61,001 nucleotides of DNA from Octopus sinensis (taxonomy: Eukaryota). A program made the position numbers and the translations under genes. This document shows, one piece after another, positions 48,321-59,913 of this stretch; positions within the stretch are counted from its first letter, which is position 1, and the number at the start of each line of letters is the position of its first letter. The notes under the pieces were generated by a model. It searched no databases. It was not told the DNA's origin and was given only the letters and a program-made list of their open reading frames with translations. The stretch lies in contig NW_021832408.1 of the NCBI RefSeq assembly GCF_006345805.1, forward strand, positions 1 to 61,001, given 5' to 3'.

Positions 48321-49184
48321 TATACTGTCTTGGTAATGTATAAATCTCCCTTATTTTCTCGGCTTTCGCCCCATCGCCCCCTGTTGATGGATTCCACCGC
48401 CACGCCATCGCCATCCCCTCCGCCATCGCCACCCCCTCCGCCATCTTTCCACCCCCCAATCGTTACCAATAGTTCAACGATAAGCTAATGAGAATTGATG
48501 TCTATTTCATTACAACTACAATAAGAGTGCCTTGTTCTTGTTATTGACAGCTATCGGCGTTAACGCAGATGTTAGGGTGGCTTAATTGGATGGGTTTGTT
48601 TTCGTTTTTGTTTTGCTTTTTTACTATTTGACGTTGTTGTTGTTCATGATGATGATGGTGATGATATCGTTGTTATTGTCTTTTTTATTTTTCTTCTTCT
48701 TTTTTTTTTCATTTTGGTCCGGTTTCGAGTATTTCGCTAAGGTTTTCTTTTATTCATTTCACATACAAAGAGCAGCGATGTTTTACATATAAATGTTACT
48801 GCTTTCTCGCCGTCCTCCTCTTTCTCCTTCTCCTTCCTCTTCTTTTTCTTTTTCTTCTTCTTCTTCTTCTTCTTCTTCTTCTTCTTCTTCTTCTTCTTCT
48901 TCTTCTTCTTCTTCTTTCTTTTCAGCCTCTTTCTCTTTTCCCGCCTCTTTTACGACTTGTTCGTGTTTCATGGTTTATTCTTCAACCGCAGCTCCTTCTA
49001 CAGATTAACGTCAGTGAAATTTGAAGTTAAGAAAGTAATAACGAGAGGGAAAATTTAATTTATTTCTTTTTTCCCTTTTTTTCTTTCTTTTTTTCCATTT
49101 TTCTTTTTCTATTCAGAATGTTAACCCCACTGTTACCTTCAGATAATTCTACATACATTCAAATTTAGATATTATTTTAACTTT

Positions 49185-49620
49185 TTATTACCTCCGCTTT
49201 CGCTAAGGCGGAGGTATTGTTTTCAGTCGTGTTTGTTTGTTTGTTTGTCCGTGGACAAGATATCTCAAGAACTGATGGACGGATTCGGATGAAACTTTCA
49301 AGGATGTTTGGCCTCGTGAATGGCACGAACTAATTAGATTCGGGAATCGATCCGGTACCGGCCAAGAATTCTGGATTATTTTCCTGTTTTTTTTTTTACT
49401 TAAGCTTTGAGAGCGGTCGAGTTCATTTTTAATATTCTCGTTAGAATTTATTTCAGATATTCTCATTAAAATCATCGCTGGCTAATCGTTGAGAAGATGT
49501 TGGTGTTCTTGTTTTAATTTGTTTTTAAAAATAAAAGAATAATCACCATTATAATTTTAAGGTGCCGTTTATTCTCGGTTGATCTTGATTTCATGCCTAG
49601 TTTGCAGGGCAAAAGTAGTG
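49185..49620 (+). mobile_element. Helentron-associated (HINE/DINE-1-like) non-autonomous element
   Basis: T-rich insertion site, 5' hairpin TACCTCCGC...GCGGAGGTA (49189-49216), then (GTTT)n and ...GATATCTCAAGAAC...GGATGAAACTTTC. The 3' boundary is uncertain. Confidence 0.6.
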
Positions 49621-49711
49621 CTGCGTAGTATGTAATGAGTTCTGTCTTTTGCAAGAAAGATCCTGACCCCCCAAACCTCAAAACTTATGAATTGAATTGA
49701 ATGGAATGGAG

Positions 49712-50105
49712 TTGAATTAAACTAGTTTCAGCTCATGAGTTGAGGCTATGCTGGGGCACCGCCATTTGGTGTTGCTACATAATTTTTACTTCAATAATTC
49801 TTTTTAGAACTTGACATTTAGTGCATGGGGGAGTTTGACGCCGCTACTCACATTTACATTTCCTGCTGTTGGCTCATCTGAGACTCTTGAGAGTAAGATA
49901 TTTAGTTTCGTTTTGAAGACATCTACATCCACCCCATATAGATCTCTCAGGTCTTTTGGGAAGGTATTGAATAACTGTGGGCTTTTAAAGCCTAGGCTAT
50001 TGCAATATTTTGTCCTATATTTTGATGGCAAAGTTGGAGTCTTTGGTACTATGCAGTGGCGTCCTGGATCATTTCCTGACATTGTTATTAGTTATTCGGT
50101 GAACT
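49712..50105 (-). mobile_element. CR1-clade LINE 3' end with intact 3' UTR
   Basis: GRHCIVPK...YCNSLGFKSPQLFN..PKDLRDL.GVDVDVFKTKL..LLSRV.DEP, then the 3' tail GGCGGTGCCCCAGCATAGCCTCAACTCATGAGCTGAAACTAG and (AATTC)n. Confidence 0.85.
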
Positions 50106-50139
50106 GGTAGAATTCGTGGGAAAATGCTTTGCAATATAT

Positions 50140-50690
50140 AGAGTGTAACGCTGAGGTCGGCTCTGCCTTTCATCCTTTCGGGGTCGATGAAGCAAGGACC
50201 AGTTGAGCGATGGGGGCGATGTAATCGACTTGCACCCTGCAAGAAAATCGCTGGCCTTGTGCCAAAATTTGAAATCAATATATAGCGAGAGTAAGGCCGT
50301 GAGCTGGCATTAATGCCTAGGGTCACTTCGTCTATATTTATGTTCTGGGTTCAAATTCCGTCGACGTCGACTTTGCCTTTCATCATTTTAGGATCAATTA
50401 TGTAAGTATCATTGGAGCAGTGGGTCCATTTAATCGATTTAGGCCCTCCCAAAATTGCTGGTATAATTTCAGGATTTTAAATCAATATATAGGATGTGGT
50501 AAGGGGGAAATGCTTAGCGACACATTTCGTAAGTCTTCACGTCCTGAGTTCAAATTCTGCAGACTTTGCCTTTTGGCGTTGATAAAATAAGTTACCTTTG
50601 AGCATTGAGCATAGGTGTCAATGTAATCATCTTACCCATACCCTGCAAATTTCTGGCTCTGTGCCTTCAGAAGAAGACCTACAGTGGATG
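50140..50690 (+). mobile_element. Three tandem degenerate SINE family B units
   Basis: The core GTCGACTTTGCCTT(T)CATC...GGTCGAT and the B-box GAGTTCAAATTC recur at ~50155, ~50350 and ~50545. Confidence 0.75.
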
Positions 50691-50719
50691 CCCACAGAAT
50701 TATTATTATTATTATTATT

Positions 50720-51444
50720 CAGTAGTTTTATTTTTATAGCGTGCTTTCACTTCACTACCGAGCGCAGCTCTGTGTGCCTTAGGTATGTGCTGTGATTTGT
50801 TGTGATGCTCTGATGGTTATTGTATGGAAAGTGTTTTGCGTAGGATGTGTGCAGTGCCTAGTAGTGCATGTATGTGTTGTTGTATTTTCATTTTTTGGGT
50901 AGAGTACTGCTGTGAAGTATGCGTGTAAGATAGAAATGTATTCCTCACGTGTCCATTTACGTCTTTTGGGTTTTATTTGCGGGACATGAGGTACAACGTC
51001 CGGCCCATTATTTTGACGGTCGTCATTTTCGTAGGGTACCGGTCCGTTTATTTCTGTTGTCACATTATTTCGCACGTGTAGTTTTTCGTATATTTTTTGT
51101 TGTAAGTTTAATGTACGTACCGCTCGATTGTTATTCTTGGGTTGAATAGTATCGGTGGCATTTAATTTCTTCGTAGTTCCTTTGTACATGGTGTTTGGGG
51201 TCGGGGATGATCGTGATGTTCCACGCATGTTTACATGTGTTGCGTTAGAGGTGGAGATGATATCGAGTCAAAATACATCATTTCGTTTCGAAAGTAGTAA
51301 TAAATTTCAATTAGTATTACTTACTCGGATACAGTCCAATTCTTTGTTAGTAAAACTTTGGCTCCATAGGATGTCCTTGTTTTCGATGTTTGTGGATAGA
51401 TTTCGGAGCTCTCGGATAGATTTCGGAGGTCTCGGATAGATTTC
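50720..51444 (-). mobile_element. Internally deleted R4/Dong-like element (N-terminal region fused to the 3' end)
   Basis: N-terminal KRRKWTREEYISILHAYFTAV...TTTHT joins at 50868 to LLGTAHILRKTLSIQ* plus 3' UTR. (TAA)n on both sides. Confidence 0.8.
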
Positions 51445-51503
51445 ATTATTATTATTATCATTATTATTATTATTATTATCATTATTATTATTATTATTAT
51501 TAT

Positions 51504-51995
51504 GTAGTTTTATTTTTATAGCGTGCTTTCACTTCACTACCGAGCGCAGCTCTGTGTGCCTTGGGTATGTGCTGTGATTTGTTGTGATGCTCTGATGGTT
51601 ATTGTATGGAAAGTGTTCTGCGTAGGATGCGTGCAGTGCCTAGTAGTGCAATTTTCTGTATGTTATGTGTGTTTGTAAGTCCTGGTGTTTTTGTTATGTA
51701 TTTGTCTGAATATTTTTTATCATGCCTAATGCACCTACTATGATAGGAATTGTTTCTGTTTTTAGTTCCACATTCTGGTTACCTCTATTTCCAGGTCTTT
51801 GTATTTTGAAAGTTTCTCCATTTCTTTTAGAGACACGTTGTCATCTGCCGGTATTGATACATCAATTAGAAAGCATTTTTTTTCTTCATGATCTCTGACA
51901 ACTATATCTGGTCTGTTGGCCTTAATTTCTCTATCTGTGTGTATCGGCATATCCCAGAGTATGGTTGCTTTCTCGTTTTCTGTGACCTTTTCTGG
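51504..51995 (-). mobile_element. 5'-truncated R4/Dong-like LINE (RLE domain plus 3' UTR), same family as 50720-51444
   Basis: PEKVTENEKATILWDMPIHTDREIKANRPDIVV...FLIDVSIP...EKLSKYKDL...IPIIVGALG...LLGTAHILRRTLSIQ*. The last ~150 nt differ from the neighbouring copy by only a few bases. Confidence 0.92.
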
Positions 51996-52056
51996 TCACA
52001 GAAATAGTAATTATAATAATAATAATAATAATAATGATAATAATAATATAATAATA

Positions 52057-52097
<41 letters not shown>

Positions 52098-52229
52098 GAT
52101 TATTTTTTTTCTCAAGCATGCTTTACATTTACAAACGTATTTTTCGCCTATCATGCAAACAATTGATGTGCGGTTTCAATCCCATTCAAATTGATAATGT
52201 ATTAGAAATAAGGACTGGAGTTTGGGAAG

Positions 52230-52370
52230 TGGAGGGGGTAAATTAATTACATCGACCCAATGTGCAATTAGTAGTAATTTAATTGATCCCGAAAGGAATG
52301 AAAAGTCGAAGTTGACCTCGGTCGCATTTGAACTCAGAATATAAAGCCAACAGAAGCGCCCCTAAGCATA
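52230..52370 (-). mobile_element. SINE family B fragment
   Basis: Reverse complement of GAGTTCAAAT...GAGGTCAAC...GGGATCAAT...GGGTCGATGTAAT. Confidence 0.7.
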
Positions 52371-53524
52371 TATTTAAGATATATTTATGATGTTAATCGG
52401 AATGCTGAACAAACAAAATAATGTATTGTAACATAAATGTATTATAAATACTTTAAGTTATCTGTAAATGAATGTAATAAATTGTTTTTTGGAGATCCGT
52501 TCAGGTCAAGTATTCAAATGCAATTGGAACACCTAATACAGCATTCTGAACATCCATAATGTTGAAACATGCTTAGGAACTAAGATTAACGTGTGCTTGT
52601 ATAATATATGTAAAATATTAAATTATGATATATTATAATCCTAACTGGCATATTGAACAAACGTACAACGGTACATCAGATGTCCCTTAAATAGTTACTC
52701 CCTACCCCGGCGTAATGAAAGGAAAATAGCAGTAATTGCTTAGGCTTGTTATGAACCCTAAAACTGAGAACGCTAGATATTACTACGGCTTCCATAGCAT
52801 AGAAGTGAATACGATTACAACACTATCCTCCAAACGGGAAGCCGCTCCGTCGAGAGTTAATATTGCTGAATTTATTTGCCCAAGGACATTTACAATCCGT
52901 TATGTCCGGAAATCAAAACCATAATCTTAGGATCCGACTATAATATCCTATCTGATTGGTCACGCGTCCTTTTCTCAGCAGTGATGCACAAGGTTAAAAT
53001 CAATCGAACTTACTTTCCTAAAAAGATTTCATTTTGAGGAATTAATAACCAAATTGGGTTCGGTAATTGATATTTCTTCTTGTTAGACTATCTAACTTTG
53101 TGTTTTAACGTTTTTATTCAAATTTTGATAGTGATAAAAACTGGCAATTTTCGTAATCCGAAATAGAATGCAGGGCATCTGAAATTTAATTACGAACAGA
53201 AACTGGAATTGAAGAAACACTCTCATTTCTACTGTTCACATTGAGAATCATCCATTTCTATCTGGATCCGGGACGAAAGTTCGTTCTTGGAGATAAATAC
53301 CTTTTCGAGACGTCACAGTCATTCCACGCTATCTGGTCCCACCGAGAGAGGTGAACACTTTGTAGTTGTTCATAAAAAGCATGGATGAATGCATCTCAGA
53401 AGTTGTAGTCTCACCCATGTCTATTACATTATATCAAATGACGACCTAAAGACGTGAAATAAGTGACTTCAGTTTCAAACATCTGCTAAATCGTGCACAT
53501 TTAACAAGCAACGTTAACGATCTT

Positions 53525-53690
53525 TTCTGCTATTGGCACAAGGCCTGAAATCGGGGGGGGGAGCTAGTCGATTATATCGACCCCAATACTCAACTGGTAC
53601 TTATTTCATCGATCCACAAGAATGAAAGACAAGATCGACCTCCGCAGAATTTTAAGTTAGATCGTAAAGGCGGAAAGAATGCTGCTTAAC
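53525..53690 (-). mobile_element. SINE family B fragment
   Basis: Reverse complement of ...GAGGTCGATCTTGTCTTTCAT...GATCGATGAAATAAGTACCAGTTGAGTATTGGGGTCGAT. Confidence 0.7.
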
Positions 53691-54894
53691 TCATAAAGCG
53701 CTGGGATTTGCATTTATATGGCATGGGCTGCTGAGCACATTCTATGAAAATGAGACTACATGCACACAAAAAAAAAACAAAAATTAGTTAAAATATATCT
53801 TCTTAGTAAATAATGATGGCAAGTTTTACATCATCTGAAGAGTCATTAGTTGAACTATTACTACTCTTGCATTCTGGGGAGTATCAGAGCGTTTGAGTGA
53901 CATTAGACCTCAACAAACGCCCATAAATTAAATGCATCTATATGGGCCACGATGGTGGCCTGTCGACTTGTGCCTGACGGCCACGATCGTGGTCCATCAC
54001 GCTTTATGTATTAACATTTTGTTCAGCATGCTAACGATTTTCCAGCGAACTGTGCTCACCAACTTTTAATAATATGGTAAGCAGATGAAACCGTAAGGTA
54101 TGTTATTAACCTTTCTCAGAAGAACCAGCTTTTAGCTTCTAAAGATTCTTAAAATTTCATCCAAAATGTTCTATTTTTTTAATGAATTTCACAGAATGCT
54201 GAAATTTGTATTTTGCTTTTCAACAGATGTTCATGGGAAGAGGGGAATCCTTTGGACAAGGTTTGCAATGACTCTCCAACCACACCAGTTTTTCCAGGTA
54301 CTTTTGTGGTTGCTGTTTTTTTAATGCACTCCACCAACACCTTCTGCTCATTTCGGAACACATAATTGAAGAGACAGGTTGTGTATTATTTTGCTATGGA
54401 TGATGCTCGACTTTGTTATTGTTTATTTATTGCATTCTTTCTTTAAACTACAAAATTTGTATTTTCTGCTTCAACTTTCGTACTTCTTGTTATTGGGCTT
54501 CATGTTATAAGACTTTTTCGTATTGTTCCTATTACTTTTATAACTGTTGCTGTCCGTGTCTTTGTTTTTGTTAAGTTCTTGTTATTGTCGTTGTTTTAGG
54601 TGATTAAGCTGAGCTCTTTGGTATCTCTCCTTCCCTTGCTATTGTCAGCCTAATCAGATCTTGAAGACTAGTAGTAGTTCTTGTCTTAGAACTCAAAGAC
54701 AATTGCTTCTCAGCTGCCTTTCTTCATTTGACAAAAGTTGGAGGAAGGTACGTACGTGTGTATTTGTGTCTGTGTCCATCGCTGTTACTTTCAATAAGGA
54801 GAATCACTGCAGTAAGGATTCTTTAATTTGTTTCTGTGTTCTGTCGAGTGGCTGTCGCCCTTCAGTCGAAGTCGAGGCTACTACTACCCCATTG

Positions 54895-55115
54895 GAGGTG
54901 TGTGGCTTTGGAGTGTTGGACTCATAATCGTAAGATTGTGGTTTCAATTCCTGGACCGAGTGACGCCTTGTGTTTTCATTTCACGTTGCTCCAGTCTGCT
55001 CAGCTGGCAAAAATGAGTCATCCTGCAACGGACCGGCGTTCCGTACACCGGGAGAATATATACGCCATGTAAACCAGGAAACCGGCCCCTATGGGTCGAT
55101 ATGACTCGAGAAGGT
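54895..55115 (+). mobile_element. tRNA-derived SINE family D
   Basis: B-box GGTTTCAATTCC, central GCTCAGCTGGCAAAAATGAGT, and a tail ...GAAACCGGCCC...GACTCGAGAAGG resembling RTE-type tails. Confidence 0.6.
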
Positions 55116-55269
55116 AACATTAACTTTTCTACCTAACTTTATTACGACCGCTATTGTTTCCATTTTCGTGGCTACAGGGTTAGCAGCAATTTTAATTTCT
55201 AGATGGTAAAGAGTCTGCTGGTGTTCAGTATTGCAGCACGAAAACCATTGGAACTCCTGCCCGCCATCA

Positions 55270-55530
55270 CAATTCTTTAATTATGCACATTATTTACACT
55301 ATTCAAACTTGATTGTTGCTTTAACACGTTTTGGCTGTTGTTCGCTCCAGCCTTCTTCAGGTGTCTTGTGTGAAACTCGGTTCTTATATCGGAATTTTGA
55401 ATCTTACCATTTCTTTTATACACTGGGGTACACTGGTTTCATTCCGCTTTCTACGTTTCGAGACATTTTTTCGCTTCAGGGATTTTTTTGTTGTGAATTT
55501 AAATTAGTGCCTTGACTGGGATTGAACTCA
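55270..55530 (-). ncRNA. B-box followed by two tandem degenerate minimal hammerhead motifs
   Basis: GAGTTCAATCCC (55529-55518); HH1 CTGAAGC...CTC-GAAAC-GTA (55479-55452); HH2 GACAC-CTGAAGA-AGGCTG..CAGCC-AAAAC-GTGTT (55365-55323); tail TGTAAATAATGT shared with the copy at ~58208. Confidence 0.6.
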
Positions 55531-57823
55531 ATTCTTTAAATAGATGCGTCCGGTGACTTTCAAGAGATTTCCACGTGTGAACAGTCTCTGGATCTGTGAC
55601 CAGTTTTAGCGGTGAAGTGATATGGAGTTGCATACCTTTCTATTCTCCCTAATCACCATGACAAACACGTTCTTAATTTTGTCCTGTAAGTTGATCACTC
55701 TCTTCCCTATTTATGGCGACAGGGGAGAGCATGTGAATACCCCAACTTATAGTGTTCCGACATACCTCTTTCTCGAGTGTTACGTCGCTTTCTAACAAAT
55801 TAATGGAAAAATAAATCTCAACTTCAGTCGATTTATCAGACTTTACATCTGTCTCAACGAACAAATTTAAAAGCAAAATTATTTTAACGAAAAAATACCT
55901 AAGAGCCAATCAAAATATAAATGAAATTGGAAAATCCAGTCAAAATACAGGTGAAAATATATACAAACTATTTACTAAAACAGATGTAAGCTAATAAATG
56001 TTAGAAAATTTTTTTTCGTGTTACATTTTTTCTTTTTTTCGAATCAATTCACATTTCCTGAAACCAATTACCGACGTAAGTTGAGAAATGCCTGTACGTT
56101 CTTCAGAGTTGCATAGAAAAATGGTTATGTTTCTGGCATAGCCTCCATTGAAACGAAAGATCTTCCTCTCTCAACATTCCCTCGTTTTGGTCATGGGTCA
56201 TGTGACACCTTGCAAAGTATTCAGGAAATTTAGGACTTTTCTGGCGATTGGGTTTGTCAACCCCATTGAATCGAAGCTTTTTGACTAGTATTAACGCATC
56301 CTCTTAAGTCTTCCTTTTGTTAATGATTCATGTCCGGCCAAGCGAGAGTTTCCTCCAGGAATTCATGGCACCTACTATAACGGATATATTTTGTTTCTTT
56401 TTGTAGTTCTTGGTTTTGCTCTTGTTGTCATATCTCTGTCATTGTAACATGGCGAAGATGGTCGTAAAACTGTAGCTTTGTATGATGGTATTGGTGTTGG
56501 TTATTGTGGTGGCAATACGTTTGTTTTTGCTGTTTGTAATATGTTGTTGTTGATGTTGCTGCTAATGCTAGCCTCATAATTGTTGCTGCTGGGCGATAAT
56601 AATGGTCGTGTTATTGTCGTCCTTGCCACCGAAAATTCTATTGTCGTTGCTAACTTTTTACGTTGCTGTTGTCCTTCTTTCATGAGCTCTGCATGGTAGT
56701 AATAGATGCGTTTATGTTGGTAATGTTTGCGTTTATGGAAGTGAAACGGCGGCAATGCGATAGTGACATTCTTCCTGCTATCTCTCCATTTTCACTTGCT
56801 ATCACGATAGACGCCATATTGTTGTTGTTTCTTTCTCTTAAAACATTCCAAAACACAAAAAATATTTTGACAAAGCAATTTTATCCCCTTATGGGGATAA
56901 TAAGTATACGAAACTGAAACCTCTGTCCGCACTTGTAGTCAACAACAAAACAAACAATAATTGAAGGTAACAAAAACACATCCAATAAGGAAAATAAACA
57001 ACAATTTTAAACAAAACTAATGGAGTGATGAAATCACGTGACACGTAGTCAGTTTGTTCGTCTTTACGATTATGTTTCGCATTTCACGATATCTATTTAT
57101 TATTTATGTGGAGATTCTCTCAAGTATTGTAGACAGGAAATAAATTTGAAGTTGAATTAATAATAATGGTGAGATGGGAAGAGGAAAAGATTTCTCTGGT
57201 TGTTAACCCTTAAATTCGTCAACCGTGAAATGAGTTCTGTCACTTCCAAGAAAGGTTCTGCCCTGCACGAAAACATACAACTTATTTTATTCCAAGTATT
57301 AAAAAATTTTTCTTTTTTTGCTGCAAACCGGTTGCTACTTTCTTCATGAGCCAATAACAGAGATTTCTGTGATAGAAATAGCTGCCAAGCGATGGCTTGG
57401 AGAAAATGGCAGCAACAGATTGGAATTGTGGAATGAAGATAGCTGAGATCCAATTCGTTCGATCAGGTTGTGGTAGCGTAAATGGCCACAGTTCTACAAA
57501 TTCTAAACGGAAATGAGTTACCTTTATCACATTGATATTTCATATCTACCATGCGTCCAGGTTACTTAAATACTTTGTTAATGAGGAAGTCCAAGGGGGA
57601 AGGCCAACATCCATGAAACTTTACAGAAGATTCGAAATTGTTAAGAGTGAATCCAATTGCGTAGCTAAAGTAGTGTATTTCAAACGGGGTCTGTATGACT
57701 TCAGAGGGTTCGTAAAACATTGGGGGGGGGGGTAACATATGCAAAATAGTAAGTTGGAGATCTACAGTTGTATATTAACGATCCATGATGTTGTTGCTGT
57801 TGTTATTATTATTAATATTATTA

Positions 57824-57868
<45 letters not shown>

Positions 57869-57948
57869 GTAGTAGTAGTAGTAGTAGTAGTAGTAATCGA
57901 ACTCGGAATTTTGGGGTTAGAAGCCCATGCTCCTATATACATACGTCA

Positions 57949-58012
57949 TGACGTAGTGGTTAAGAGCGCGGGCTACTAACCCCAAGATTCCTAGTTCAAT
58001 TCAATGCACTGA

Positions 58013-58096
<84 letters not shown>

Positions 58097-58230
58097 TAAT
58101 AATAATAATATTGAAAAATGCCTTAGGATTGAGACCCCACGCTGGAGAGTTTATCAGCCGAAACGTTGTGCTAAAAACAAACAAGATGAGGACAAATATC
58201 CGTCAAATGTAAATAATGTATATAATGTAG
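57949..58230 (+). mobile_element. tRNA-headed short element (SINE family E) with (AAT)n and the 3' half of a hammerhead
   Basis: A-box TGACGTAGTGG 57949, B-box AGTTCAATTC 57993, (AAT)n 58017-58110, GCTG..CAGCC-GAAAC-GTT-GTGCT 58141-58172. Confidence 0.7.
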
Positions 58231-58305
58231 CTATATTTCTTTCTCAAATGTTTTGCAGAGTGCAACCGCCACAAATTCTGTCAATTCAATGGATCTCTAT
58301 AAAGT

Positions 58306-58501
58306 AAGCACTGGCGTGGTTGTATGGTAAGTGTGCTTCTCAGCCACACGGGTCCGGATTCAGTTCCGCTACGTGGCACACTGGGCACGTCTCTCCTACT
58401 TTAGCCCGAAATGACCAAAGCCTTGTGAGTGGATTGGGTATAAGTAAACTGAAAGAAGCCAATCGCATATACATATATATATGTGTGTGTGTATATACAT
58501 A

Positions 58502-58550
<49 letters not shown>

Positions 58551-58565
58551 ATATACATATATATG

Positions 58566-58602
<37 letters not shown>

Positions 58603-59160
58603 TCAATTTAGGGTAGCAAAAAATTCAATAGAAATTTATCTAATTTAAGCTAATTTAATCATTAATAACACAGAAACGATGCATCGTCTAAAAGTTGAAT
58701 TAGGGTAAATGTTTTTAAATTTTCACCTAATTTCTGAATTACTACTACTTGGCGGTGTGAGTTATGGCTGCTCTTTCTGGTGGACGAATGGCCTGTTAAG
58801 GGTCACTCCTAAATTGTTATATATATATATATTATATATATATATATATATTATATAATATATATATATATATGTTTATATATATATATATACATACATA
58901 TAATATATATATATACATACATACATATATTATATATATATAATATTATATATATATATATATATAATATAATATATATATATTATATATATATATATAA
59001 TATATAGATATGTATATACGTGTGTTTGCGTGTCCACTAACTCTTGGCAAACGACAGAAAAAGTACCAGTCTTGAAAATAAAAGTTATCAGGGTCGAGTC
59101 ATTCGACTGAAAATTGTTCAAGGGGACACCCCAGTGTGGCCGTAATCTAATGACTGAAAC
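58306..59160 (+). mobile_element. SINE family A split by an expanded (TA)n array and a ~200-bp insert
   Basis: 5' half at 58306-58465 (GGCGTGGTTGTATGGTAAG...GAAAGAAGCCAATCG); 3' half at ~59020-59160 (...AAGTACCAG...GGGTCGA...TGGCCG...AATGACTGAAAC). Confidence 0.75.
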
Positions 59161-59618
59161 TGTCCAGCTAACAATTTTCTCTCGCAAAACATATCAAGCT
59201 AAGACTTTGGCCAATGACTCGTGTTCAGCCAATGTGGTGAGGTGAAATCGAAACCCCGACCAAAGGATTTCAATGCAAATTTCTTAAACATGGAATCCTG
59301 CTTGCATATGTGTAAAAAATATCAGCGAACCTCGCTGATGCATTTCTGTTCCGACAGCACTTTTGATATACTTGTTTTAGGTTTTCACTAATGTATTTTG
59401 TGTTTAGCAGAAAAAAATTTTTAAATATGAAATTTATATAACCAATTTTTGTAAACAGTCTTGGGAAACATATACATATACGTGGAAAATTCAGCATGTA
59501 ACTTCATATCTAAGATGATAAATGGAAAGGTCTCTTATTGTGACCAAATGAATGTCAAGAGAAAATCTGCGTGAAGCAAAAAATTAACCAATGGAAGGTG
59601 TGTGTGTGTGTATCTATG

Positions 59619-59742
<124 letters not shown>

Positions 59743-59857
59743 ATACATATGTCATGAGGCTAGAATGTATGATTGTATGTGTGTGTGTGCGTGATGGTGT
59801 ATATATATGTGTTTGGTTCCTACTAGGATTATTCGTTCGTCGTTGCGAGATACAATA

Positions 59858-59913
<56 letters not shown>

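Noticed and set aside
54150-56830. Two minus-strand stretches (54150-54750, 55900-56830) faintly resembling the Tx1 ORF1 region
   Set aside because: Similarity is confined to low-complexity Thr/Asn-type sequence, with no diagnostic motif.
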